Assembly (NCBI GenBank): GCA_013239625.1
Contig: MU053758.1
Span: 620,001-684,000 of the forward strand
Direction: 5' to 3'
Origin: Lama guanicoe
Lineage: Eukaryota
Length of the DNA: 64,000 nucleotides
The translations under genes and the position numbers were made by a program. Position 1 is the stretch's first letter, and every line of letters starts with the position of its first letter. Shown here piece by piece: positions 33,853 to 45,015 of this stretch. The notes beneath the pieces were generated by a model. It saw nothing but the letters and a program-made list of their open reading frames with translations, searched no databases and was not told where the DNA came from.

Positions 33853-34843
33853 ACCAAATGTCCCAACCGGACGGGGCTCCCCAGCACCAGAGCCCCGCCG
33901 TCCAGCCCTCTCCTCTGCTCTCCCTAATCCCGGCCTGCCTCAGCTTCACTACTCAGGCCATCCTCACCGAGGCTGGGGCGCCAATTTAGAACTGCCTTTG
34001 CAGGGAATGAGGAAACATTTTTCTCCAGTCTGGGCAGGGTGCTGATGGCTGGGGGCTGTACACGACTAGAGGCCTGAGAGACACCGCACCTGTCAAATGT
34101 GGAGGGAAGGGCTTCCCTCTGCCTTTGATCAGGGCATCCGCAGGTGGATGGGGTGGGAGCAAGCCCCAGCCTCCCGGCTTCTCCTTTCCCTTCCAATTTC
34201 GACTGGTTCAGTTCAGTGCCTTTGAGCTGCGAGGACTCTCCTCACGCACTCCTATCTTAATTCCCCCTTCTCCACCCAGGATGGAAAGAAGACCTTGATG
34301 TCTCTTGTGTGGGAGGTGTTTGGGTGTAGGCAGATTACCAATGCTTAATCTCGCTAGTTGCCACAGACCTTACAATAGCACCAGCTGCCTTGTGACAGAC
34401 CAAAAAGCTCCCCCCCATCTAACCCCATTAACCCCTCCAGGCACATTTGTATTGCACTAACGCAGCCTCCAGAGGTTGTTTTCTGAGACCTGCTTCCTCC
34501 CACCAGCGACCTCTTCTCTAAGCTACCAAAGTGTTTTGGAACTTGGTACTTCAGAGACTTCTGGAATGTTGTTTGAGGCCTGCCCCCAGCAAGCCTCTAC
34601 CAGGAAGGCGCAGGCACGCCCCCACTAGTTCCTCCCCTATTTATTGTCTCCTGGAAAAGCCAGGACCCTCCTCCCCATCTCCTCCCCTTCCCCTGGGACA
34701 GCCCAGGAGTCCCAGGTGCAGTGAGAGCTCCTACCAGCTGCAAGCATTTCTCTGAACCTTGGAGACAGTGGAGGGACCACTCTTTCTGGAAACCTGAGCC
34801 CCAAGCAACCAGGTTCTCTCTGTACCTCCAACTACCTCATTTC

Positions 34844-34849
34844 AATAAA
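34844..34849 (+). terminator. HOXB1: HOXB1 polyadenylation signal
   Basis: AATAAA about 1 kb after the stop codon, followed by GTCTGTGTTCT. Confidence 0.7.
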
Positions 34850-35299
34850 GTCTGTGTTCTCCCCTCTTCCCGCCTGCTTTTGCTCTTCCACCCAGGGGTA
34901 CAGGAGGCTTCATACTCCAAGATCCCTGGGGGAGAGGTGAGGAAAGAGTTGGTCCAGGCTGGTGGGTCTGGCAGGAGCTGAGTTTTAAGATTTCAGCTAG
35001 ATAAAGGGAAGGACTTAACTGGGTGGGGCCTAAGCAGAACTGGGCCCCAGGTTTCCAGGTCTGACCCTGGTCAGTCCTCAGGTCATTGGAGGAACATGGC
35101 AAAGACCTGGAGGAAAAGGTGGTGGGGAGGAAGCAGTTCTGAAAGGGTCCTGGAAGGAAGGCAGGAAAGGAGAACGACCGATCTGTTTGGAGAGAACAGT
35201 ACAGGGTGTGAAAACAGGAGGAAGTGCAGGGGAAGGCGAAGGGCTCTCTACCCCTTCCCTCTCCTGCCTCCTCCCCGCCCAGAGCAAGGCCTGGCCTAG

Positions 35300-36020
35300 A
35301 GTGATACTCGGCGAATACTTGCAGAAGGAGCGAAGCGGGATGGGGAGGCTGTGTAACGTGCCTCTCCCCGGCGATTCTCGCTCAAAGAAAATAGGAGGAG
35401 ATGGGTCGCCAACAAACAAGATTGGCACCTGGGTTACCCCCTCCATTCCCGCCACCCCGCCCAGCGCCCTTCCACCCATTGGGGACGTCGGGGGCGGAGG
35501 GGGCGGCTCAGGGCTGGGAGACTCCGGCCGCAGCCCCAGCCGCCGCCTGCGAAGGCTGTCCACCCGGTTCAAGGCGACCGCCCGGGTCTTTGGCCCTGGG
35601 CGGCGGGGACGGGGCCGCGAAAAGGCCGAGGGCACGGCGAGGTGCGGGGAAGGAAGGGCAGCCGCAGGAGGGGGCGGGACGGGGCGCAGAGGGCTGGGGT
35701 GGGCGGAGGAGGCCGAGGTAAATCGCAGTCCCGCGCTGACCTTTTTACCTCGAAGCGCCCCCGGGCTTTCCAAACAAGCCGACAGCGCGCCCGCGGGGGT
35801 AGCTATTGTCTGCTGGCGGGTCCCACTGACAAATCTTTGGTTGGCGGAGGCGGGGGGCCTGGCTCGGGCATCACCGCGACGGCCGCCAAACCAACTGCGC
35901 TCTCTCGCCCCGCAGTGCCATCGAGAGGGCGCAGGCCTGCGGGCTCCGGCCCCGGTTTATTGATTCCGGTGACCCGGGGAGCCCCAGTGCCCTGGAGCCA
36001 GGACAGCTGGAGGCGGGCAG
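35300..36020. promoter_or_regulatory. CpG island 3' of HOXB1 containing the 3' RARE enhancer
   Basis: CpG-rich with GC boxes; contains the DR2 at 35737. Confidence 0.8.
35737..35750 (-). promoter_or_regulatory. HOXB1 3' DR2 RARE (early neuroectoderm enhancer)
   Basis: TGACCTTTTTACCT, reverse complement AGGTAA aa AGGTCA. Confidence 0.9.
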
Positions 36021-39000
36021 CAGGACCAAGGGGGCAGCTAATCCACTCTATCTATTGAATCCTTGACCTCTCAAAGGAAGACAGGAAGCGAAAAGGACTA
36101 AGAGTATATGCACGAAATGCTGAGCATTTGCTTCCTAATGAAATTGGCGCTATTACAGGAAAGGCAACGTTATCAATAATTGCACAGCCCAGCTGGAGAG
36201 ATAGTGTGTTGCAAGAGGAAGCCCAGCTTTCCTAGAGGCTGTCTTGCCCTCTGTCTTTAGAAACAAACAAAAAAATCTATTAACTGCTTTTCTACATTTA
36301 ATTGAAATTGCCACCAAGGTTGGCTTCCTCAAAGGGGTCACCTTGACAGAGGGGACAGAGCAAGTGTCTGTGGAAACAAAACTGGTAGAGCCTTCTTGTA
36401 GGGTGTATTTCTGGATCCTGAAACCTTTGGACCAGTGGGCAGGAAATCTGGGAGGAGGCAGGAGCTTTGGTTAGAGCAGGACTCCAAGGATGGTGAAGCT
36501 GGGCCTCAGATTGGGGCTGACAGGTCCTGGGGGGGGGCTGGTCCATTTGGTTTTTGGTCACAGCATAAGGAACCAACAGAGTCCCCCAGGGAGGGGTGAG
36601 GGGCTCATCAATCCTCTTTTAATAGAGGGGCAGCTCAAAATAATCCACAATACATCTAAGGCCCCCATCTCCTTTGATCCTAACCCCTTTCCCATTTTGT
36701 GCTCTCCAAAAATCCCACTTATTTGAGGCCCCTGACTGGTCTATACGGAAGGCATTTATTTGCAGAAAGAAAAGCACACTGTATTTTCCTATCATAAACT
36801 ACAAAGGGAAGGTTGGTAAAAACAAACAAACCAAACATAGCATTAAACTTTTCCAAATAGATGCCAAACTGCTTCACTCATAGACTCCTCCGTGCCTTTG
36901 AGATTGGTGGTTTCTCTCATAGCCCTTGAGAGGATGAAGGGAATTATATTTCCCAGAAGATCTGAAAGTATATTTTCTGTAAAATTTAAAGCCCTCCACT
37001 CCAACACCTCCATTTACCAGATCTCCAAAAAGTCTCCTGTTCTGAAAATAAAGATCCTAAAAGAGAGATTTTTTCGCCCCTTGATTCTTCATAGGAGGGA
37101 GAACTCAGGTTGAAAGTTTGTCAGTTTCTGAGGCGCAGCTCCTGGCCCCTCCCCCACCGTGGGGGGGGAGCAATTGGGCTTGCACTCCACCCAACCCTCT
37201 GCACCATCTGTTTCTCAGCCCAAAGTGTGAACTTTCCCTCTTTCATTTGCCTTTTTCTTCAGCGTTTGTTCTCCCAACTTGAGTCCCTTTGATCTTCTGG
37301 ACGAGAGAGACAAGAAAAAGAGATTTTAAAAACCTTAAAGGTCTTCTTACTTTCAATGTGGGTTTCTTTGTTATGAACATTCCTTGTACCAATACCACGG
37401 GGCTGCTGGCAGGGAGTTTGTGGGATGGGGAATAGAAGAGGGTGTAGATGGGGGTGGTTGGGGGCATCTCTGGATGACTGACCCAGATGAACCTGAAAAG
37501 GCGGCCAAGGAGCCTGGGAGATGGCCAAGAAGTGTGGGTTCAAATCCTTCCAGCCCCACCTCTCACAGCCTTGTGGCCTTGGGCATGTTGCCTGGTTCCT
37601 TGTCCCCAGTTTCTTTTTTTCCAAAATGGTCATCATAATAGAAACTATTGCCTAGGGTAGGTGCTGAGATTAAATAAGTTAGTATGTTTAAAATGCTTGG
37701 AGCAGTCCCTAATAAATAAATGTGAGCCATAATATCACTCTTAAGGGAGACATGTCCTCTCGCCTTTCTATAATCCCTAATCAACTCTGGGACACATTTT
37801 GACCCTTTGGGATGCACACTCTCACTTCTCACACTCATATCTTGTTTGACCCCTGATGGGTGTAGAGACTAGAGACAGGTTCTGAGGCTAGGATGGGTAG
37901 AGGAGATTCCCTTCTTAGCAGCTGAGAACACTTCAGCTGGGTCTGGCTGAGACCCAGTGTGCTCCTCACCTGCAGAAGAGGAGAGTTATCCTGGGCCTCC
38001 TGCACGCTCTCCTTCCCTCTCCACTGGGAGGGTGGATAGGAAGTCTTAAAGGGAGACACTTCGAGTTTCTGATTTAGAGTGATGGAGAGCAAGGATTCTG
38101 AAGTGTAACTTAGTTTTCCATGCGGCTCCTCTTGTATGGGCTGAGTGAGCTTATGCCAGTTAGTCAATTTCCCTGTGCTCCCATTTCTTCAGATGTAAGA
38201 CAGAGGATGTTGAAGACTAAATGAGATATATGAGACATGCTTAGAACGTTGCCTGGAGGGGCTCAGTAGAGATTTTCTGTTTTCTATTTTCATGTAAGAT
38301 ATTTTTAAAAATTACTTTCCTATCCCGAGTTGTTCTTGGTCTTTGCGTGATGGAAGCAGACATCCTCCAGCCTTCATCCTCCAGCACTGTACCTGCAGAC
38401 CCAGCTGGTATCATAACCATGGAATTTGCTGCTAGGGAATAAAATAATTCTGAAAGAAAGGGTTCAGGGTAGTCCCACAGAATACTAGTTTTACAGTAGG
38501 TGTAGTATCATAATGAGACACGCTTTTGGCAGGACAGCCTCACGATGTAACTCTAGGAGTACATTCTCACTGAGATCCACAAGGTTGGCACGCCCTGCAG
38601 TTGTACCAGATTTTTTTCTGATAGTTCTGTCCTGGCTCTAAGAACTTTCCTGTGTGATCTCCTTTACATGACTCAACCACAATATTCCAAATGCTTCAGC
38701 ATTTGTTATTTCTCAGACTCTCTAAATTCTTTCTGTCCTCAGAGTGAATCCTGATTGGAACAGAAGTGAGAGACAGAAAAAAAATTGGAGTGGGAGAACA
38801 GAGAGACACAAGTAGCTGTTGACTTCAGCTCAAAGTAGGACCTCCTGGCCCTTACTCACTTCACTTGATCTCTTCATCAAGGAAATAAATGGATCAGAGA
38901 AGAAAGAATTTGTAGGAAGTCAGGAGACCAGAGCTTCCTCTACGAAGGGCCTCCTGTGTGTCCCTGGATAAGTCACTTAACCTCTCTGGGACTGCTTTCC

Positions 39001-39492
39001 CAGTCTTTAATGTAAGTTGAATTATCCCACTGCAGCTTTACTTATCTTTTCCTCTGATGTAAATAAGAAAGAATGTTCAACTTGGTCTGGGATGGGGGGT
39101 GGTAATGTGAGGGGAGCTTCCTGTTAGATGTAGTCTCCTGGCCTAGTTAAAGCCAATTAAAATGACTATTTTCTCCTGCACCCAACTCCCCAGTCAATTT
39201 CCTTCAGGCTTTCAAGATCATGGGCCTAGGTCCAGACAATTCTGAGCCCTGTAGCCCCTTCTGCCTGGAGAGGGCATCTAGGAGGGAGGGAGCCCCACAA
39301 AGCATGCGCCCTCTGCTCCTTAGAGTCCTGAAGCTCCCTTCAGTTTACTCTGGCCTGACAGCTCCATTTCAACCCCCACCTTGGAGGTGAGGCAGCTCAA
39401 TATTTACTCAGCCAGAGAGGTTTGCCCAGAAGCCTGGCTCCCCAGCCAGCTCCTGTGACTCTGCTCTACTGCCCCCACCCCCTTCCCTTCCT

Positions 39493-39509
39493 GGTTCACA
39501 GAGAGTTCA
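39493..39509 (+). promoter_or_regulatory. HOXB1 3' DR5 RARE (gut/late enhancer)
   Basis: GGTTCA cagag AGTTCA, about 7 kb 3' of the ATG. Confidence 0.9.
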
Positions 39510-39944
39510 GCCCTGAAATGGCTTGCAGCCCCCCACCCCCCAGCCCTGGAGGAGCTGCCTGTCCAGGGGATTGCTGAGGCCAGAGGGCGGGGGAAGGGTC
39601 CCGGTCGTGGGGTCATGCCCTGGTCTCTCCACTCTTGCTGGACCAGCGCCTGGGCCTCCCAGAGGAGAGGCAACTCAGCAGATGATTGTCTTTTTGGGGA
39701 AGAGGTGCATGGAGATTGGCTAAAATGGAACTGTTGGATTAGGAAGGTGATTTGGGACTGCAAAGGGCCATCCATGTATCTTCACATTATTAGTGTTATA
39801 AACTATGTCTGATGGGAGAGAAACTTGGTAAACTTATAATCGTTTGAACTCTCTTTCCAGAGACACTAAAAGAGCTAACACAATAAAGAAGTGTCAGGCC
39901 TGATACCAGCAACCGTATATGAAAATACTCTTCTTACCTCCTAA

Positions 39945-40072
39945 CTTTCTGGAATGTAAGATCCATGAAGGCTGAGATTTTTGCTTGTTTTGTTCATCGC
40001 TGCATTTCTAGTGCCTTAAACAATGCCTGCCACATAGTAGACACTCAGTAAACATTTGTTGAACAAGTGAAT
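39945..40072. mobile_element. LINE-2 3'-end relic
   Basis: tgtaagatccatgaaggc...gtgcctt...tgcctgccacatagtagacactcagtaaacatttgttgaacaagtgaat. Confidence 0.75.
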
Positions 40073-43000
40073 ATTGAAGCAGAATTCTCCTGTCTAGAAG
40101 CCAGTCTCCTGTCCAGAAAGGTATGCTGAAATGATGTCAGTTTCAGATGTCCAAGAGTGTTAGCATCATCATTGTATTCACATGAAGATGATGAAAGCAG
40201 AGTTAGAGTGGAAGGGGACTAGGGAGACATTTTCTCTTCTCTGACTTTCTGTCCCTTAGTTAAAGGTATTTATCTCAGGCAAATGACAGAGTTCCTTTTA
40301 TAGCTTCAGAGTGAGTCTGCTCCCATGGTATACCTACAGAGCTTTTGTTTGTTTTATTTGGGCTTCTTTTACTTTAGCAAGTGTAAACTCAAGAAAAGAC
40401 TCAACTTTAGAAATTCAAAGGGTTTGAAAGCCCAGCTGGATCTTTAGATTGGTAGAAAGGTTGGTGAAAGATGAGCAGAGAAGTCGCCCTTCTGCAAGGA
40501 GAACCAGGCGAGTTGTTCCCGCAACAGACGAGCCTTCCTTTTTCCTCTCCTTCTCCCAACTCAGCCCTACAGGGCCTAGTGTCCTTTATAGACCAATGGA
40601 CCAAAGTTTTCTTCTCTTTTTTTCTAAAAAATGTTTAGGGTTGGCCCTTCTAGGGCCAATAAGGTAAATTCACCCAGGGAAGTGCTCAAGTTTGTTTGGG
40701 TCTGAAAGGAGACAGAGAGGGGAAATGTTGCTTTCAGTGCTTAATGGAAGTCGACAAGGGCAAGGATGGCTACCTGTTGGGAGTTTCCCAGAACTCTTGG
40801 GAAGATCACCCCGTCTGGCGTGGTTCAGTTACGATCACTGGAAATTGTTGGGAGTTGATGACATCGTCTTGCTTACTCCTACCATAGATTTACACATGTG
40901 GATCCTGAGCACAGGGACAGGAATGTGACTTTAAGTGAGAAAAGGGAAGGGAAAACTGTCAAGGAAAAGGGACAGTCACTGGCCAACCCCTGTTCCACCC
41001 TGGGGTTAGATTTCCAGATCAAGGGCCCCCTAGGAAGAACGAAGTTGGGGAAGGGAATACCTCAGCAGGGACCTGAAAAATCTTGAAGGCTCAAGGGTCC
41101 TGGGCAGGCTCTAACATTTCTCTCTGATTCCCCATTTCGGATTGGCCCACAGCCTCTGGCCAGGAGCTGTTGTTTTTTGGGATGAGAAATCTGAGGAGGC
41201 AAAGGCTGGACAACAAGCTGTGCGAAAGAAAAGCCTTCAAGGTGTATGTGAAGAAACCGGCTGGCATTTGGCGGAAAGAGCTGTCCCAGGTTCCTCTCCG
41301 GCCCTGAACTTCCTTTTTGCCTCTACCGCCTTCAGTTACTCCACTGTCTCTCCTATTTACATTCAGTCCTTTTCCAGGGCTCAATTTTCAATCCCCACCT
41401 TTGGGGCCTGGAAAGAGGGACACTACCCCGGAGCTGAAGCTAGAGCGTTAGAGGAAGGCAGGGAGGCGACACTTTTTCCTGGAAGATGGGTGGTGTCGGG
41501 TAGGATGGGGCAAGTTCCTAATCCAGCAGGGGGCCTCTATTCAGCAATTCAAATTCAGTGGTTTAGCTGCATTGGAAATGGGGAATTGCAAGGATCCCTT
41601 TGAAAAGGCCTGCATGCTTGCAGGCTCCCACCTTGCTATGGGGAACGTTTTAAAACCCACTGAAATCTACACTTTGACACATTCCCCAAGAGCCAACCTC
41701 CCTCACCTGTTCACAGACCTATCTATGAACAAGCCTTGTTATTGTGTCTCTAACCAGCCAAAACTGACCTTGTACACAGTTTTGCAGACGTGGCTGCAAC
41801 AACCAGAGAACTCAGGTTGGGGAGACAGGTATTGTTGCCCGTGTGGAAATGTTCTCTTTCTTTCTCTTCCACTCTTTGGAGTTTATGTTTTCACTGTAAG
41901 TGGTGCAAAAAGAAACTTCTGAGCAATGTGAATGGAAAAAGCGTTCTTGGCATAGAGGTGAAAAGGAAGGGGATCCTTTGCTAAAAATCCCTCAGTGTGA
42001 TCTATTCTACAGAATTCCCAGAATGGAAATGAAAAGAAAGGAGGCAAATAGAGTGTCACCAGTGTCTCTGTGTTGGGTGACGTGTGGCTGTGCACTCAGA
42101 GAGAAAGAAAAAAATAAGAGAAAGCAAAACAAATAAAAAATCCCCACATGACTAATTTCCAACTTTTCCTTCACAGAATGTGAAAGATCTGGAAAGCTGA
42201 TTTTTTTTTTTCTGGTTATATTTGGACCCAGAGTTTGGTAGGCTTTGCCTGAGCCTTCACGCATTGAGTAGGAAAAAGAAAAAGAGCTGTGCTTATCCCT
42301 GTAACTTAATGATGAAGAACAGAGGGATAGATACAAAAATAAAGAAAAACAGCATCCATTTGGGGGATCAAATCATAACTTTGGATTCTTCAACACTCTA
42401 TTTTGGAAAAAAAACTTTCAAAAGTGTGTTAAATAAATTTACCAAAAGTAATCTGTGTGTTCCAAAATCCCCCCTTTATGAAAAACTCCCTCTATTTCAC
42501 TAGAGAAAAATCTGTTTTCTTTTTCTTAAATTCTTTTCTTTGAATAAGAACGGGGGGCTATCTGCAATAGGTGTTCTGTCTCTTTACTCTAAGTCAAAGT
42601 GATACGGAGATTGGAAAAAATTCAAAGCAAATTTTGCTTTATTCTTTCTCTTCCTCCAGATGTCTTGCACACAGTTCGCAGGAATCAACAGGACCTTAGG
42701 TTTGAATTTCATTTAATCAGCACAAAAACTTCTTGCTTTTATGTCTTCTGAATTGTCCAGGTGCTGAGCTGCTCCCAATGTCAGATTCCTCCCTTGAAGA
42801 ACAAGAAAAGACCTGATTTCCTCTTTTTTCCCTCCCTAGAACTTTTAAGTTTAGTTTTCAGTTTTATTTTTGGTGACAAGTGTAAATGTTTGCTCAGTTG
42901 CTGAGACATAACTCACATTCTTCTCTTGGGTCAGGAGCCCTCTTCCAGCCTCTCCTTTCAACTGAGGCAGAGTTCCAGACACAGATGGTTTTCTTACAGT

Positions 43001-43941
43001 CAAAGAGGGTCTCACTCAGCAGCCCCAGAGCCCCTTCCCACTTCAGCTTGGAACTGAGAGCGATTTCCTGAGTCACAGGGTCCACTGTCTGATGAGGTCT
43101 GAAGCCTTTCGTTGGGAGAGGAGAGGGGAAAGTGCGCGGGTCCCCGATGGATCTGAACAGCGGATCTTTCTACACAGAACCTGGAAAGAATGGACTCTCC
43201 TCTTCTCCTAACACAAACAGACACTCGCACACACCCACACACCCACACACTCCACAGCCCTACGAGCATAATGGAGGAGTTTTGTTGTTCAAGGGAATGT
43301 AGACAGAGGAGGAGGGAGTTCCTTGTAAATCTGCTGCTGGCAAAAGGGAGAGGTGTGTTTCTTCTGACTTTTGGCAAATGTGGAGAGAAATTCCTGCCTC
43401 AGCTTTCAGATCAACATTACCATTTAATCTTTTGATGACCATCCAGCTGCTTCTTTGCTCATAAAGAGAACTGAGGAAACTGCATTGCTGCACTCTTTTC
43501 CGTCCCCTTCTCTCTTCCCCATGCACCTGCTGAACATAACCCAAGGGCCTTTTATTTCTCCTTAGGTGAGTGAATTTCCAAGACATACCAGTGCTGAAGT
43601 TGAGGATTTCTTAACTTTTCTCAACCTCACCAGTGCCCACCTGAGATGGACTTAGAGAACAAAGGTGAGACAAATCAAAGCAAAAAGACAACTAAAAGCT
43701 TGGAGATAGAAAGCATATAAAGACTTTATCCTTCATACCCCCACCCGATCTTTATTACAATATCCTGGGCTCGGACACCTCTAGCAACAGGGAGATGTCT
43801 ATTTATAAGAAAGATTCCCCCAGTGTTGGACTGCTCTAAATAATAGAAAATACGTCTTTATATGGAATAGGAGTTTGCCTCCTTGGGACTTGCACACATT
43901 GATCTTACCTCTTTGCTGCCTTCTGGTGCCAACAGAATGAC

Positions 43942-44157
43942 TTTTTTTTTTCTCCTGGGGGGAGGTAATTAGGTTTATTTATATCTGTATTTATACTTGT
44001 ATATTTATATTTATATTTATATTTATACTTGTATATTTATATTTATATTTATATTTATATTTATATTTATATTTATATTTTAGAGGCAGTACTGGGGATT
44101 GAACCCAGGACCCGTGTATGCTAAGCATGCACTCTACCATTTGAGCTATACCCTCCC
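43942..44157 (-). mobile_element. tRNA-derived SINE of camelid (Vic-1-like) type with an expanded internal (TATATT)n tract
   Basis: Minus strand reads GGGAGGGTATAGCTCAAATGGTAGAGTGCATGCTTAGCATACACGGGTCCTGGGTTCAATCCCCAGTA (A and B boxes), then an AT microsatellite, AAACCTAATTACCTCCCCCC and an A tail. Flanking CAGAATGA repeats at 43933-43940 and 44162-44169. Confidence 0.9.
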
Positions 44158-44884
44158 ATATCAGAATGATTCTTAATTCCTTTCCCACATGCTACCCCTC
44201 CAAATATTTGAAGACACCTGCCATGTGTCTCTCTAGGTCTTTCCTTCTCTAGAATAATACACATTCTCAGTTCCTTAATTTGTTTCCCCTAAGGCCTGAT
44301 TTCCTGATCTTTCCCCATTCTGCTCTTTCTACAAAACAAAGTGTCCAGAATTGAATAGAAAACATAAAGTGTGATTGGGTCAGTTCTAAGTAGAGTGGAA
44401 GTATCACAGCTCTTGATCTGGGCACTCTATTTCTGCTGATACAGGCAGGATGGCTGGGGCGGGGAAGGACAAAGCGCCAGGCTGGTGGCTGGGAAGAAAT
44501 GGGAGGGATCCCTTCTCTCTTTCAAATTGTGTCCATCGGCTTGACCTCTAGGGCTGCATTTGTCACTGATACCATGGTCCAGACAAATCCCCAAGCTCAG
44601 TGAGGGAGCCGCCAGGTTGGCAGCCATTTATGGGGAACAAACATTTGCTGAGCAGAGTTTGTGTGATTTGTGAGACGGGAAAGGAGCATTAGCTTAGAGA
44701 AACAACGGGCAAGGTGAGAAGGAGAAGCCCTATTATCTCAAGGGAAGGAAGTGCAGGTTTCCTGAGGCTAAGGCAGCTACTCCGGCTCTACTCCTCCTCA
44801 TTGTCGTCCAGGTAACTCTACTCCCTGCACAACGCTTTACCCTGCCTCCCTCCTTGGTGGCAGGTGCTACTTCGTTGTTGTTAT

Positions 44885-45015
44885 TGACATTTACACAGCA
44901 CTTTGCCATGAGCCCTTACTTCTCATCACAACTCTGGGAGGTTAGTATGATCATTATTCTCACATGTGAGGAGCCCGAGGCTCAGAGAAAATAAATAATG
45001 GACCCAAGATCACAA
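44885..45015. mobile_element. MIR fragment
   Basis: ctcatcacaactctgggagg...gaggagcccgaggctcagaga...cccaagatcaca. Confidence 0.7.

Noticed and set aside
33270..33887. Minus-strand ORFs over the homeoboxes (also 15378-15590, 15556-16014, 22553-22972, 22678-22905)
   Set aside because: Antisense shadows of GC-rich coding exons; the same FMRxFWN pattern recurs at all three homeoboxes.
35078..36058. 258-aa and 231-aa ORFs downstream of HOXB1
   Set aside because: Non-ATG starts, open on both strands, explained by the CpG island around the RARE.
36336..36348. GGTCAcctTGACA near-consensus estrogen response element
   Set aside because: Isolated one-mismatch motif, plausible by chance in 64 kb, with no other support.
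43991..44188. ORF containing KYKYKY and a tRNA-like sequence
   Set aside because: It is a SINE with a microsatellite; the tRNA-like head is followed by an AT tail and flanking repeats, so it is not a tRNA gene.
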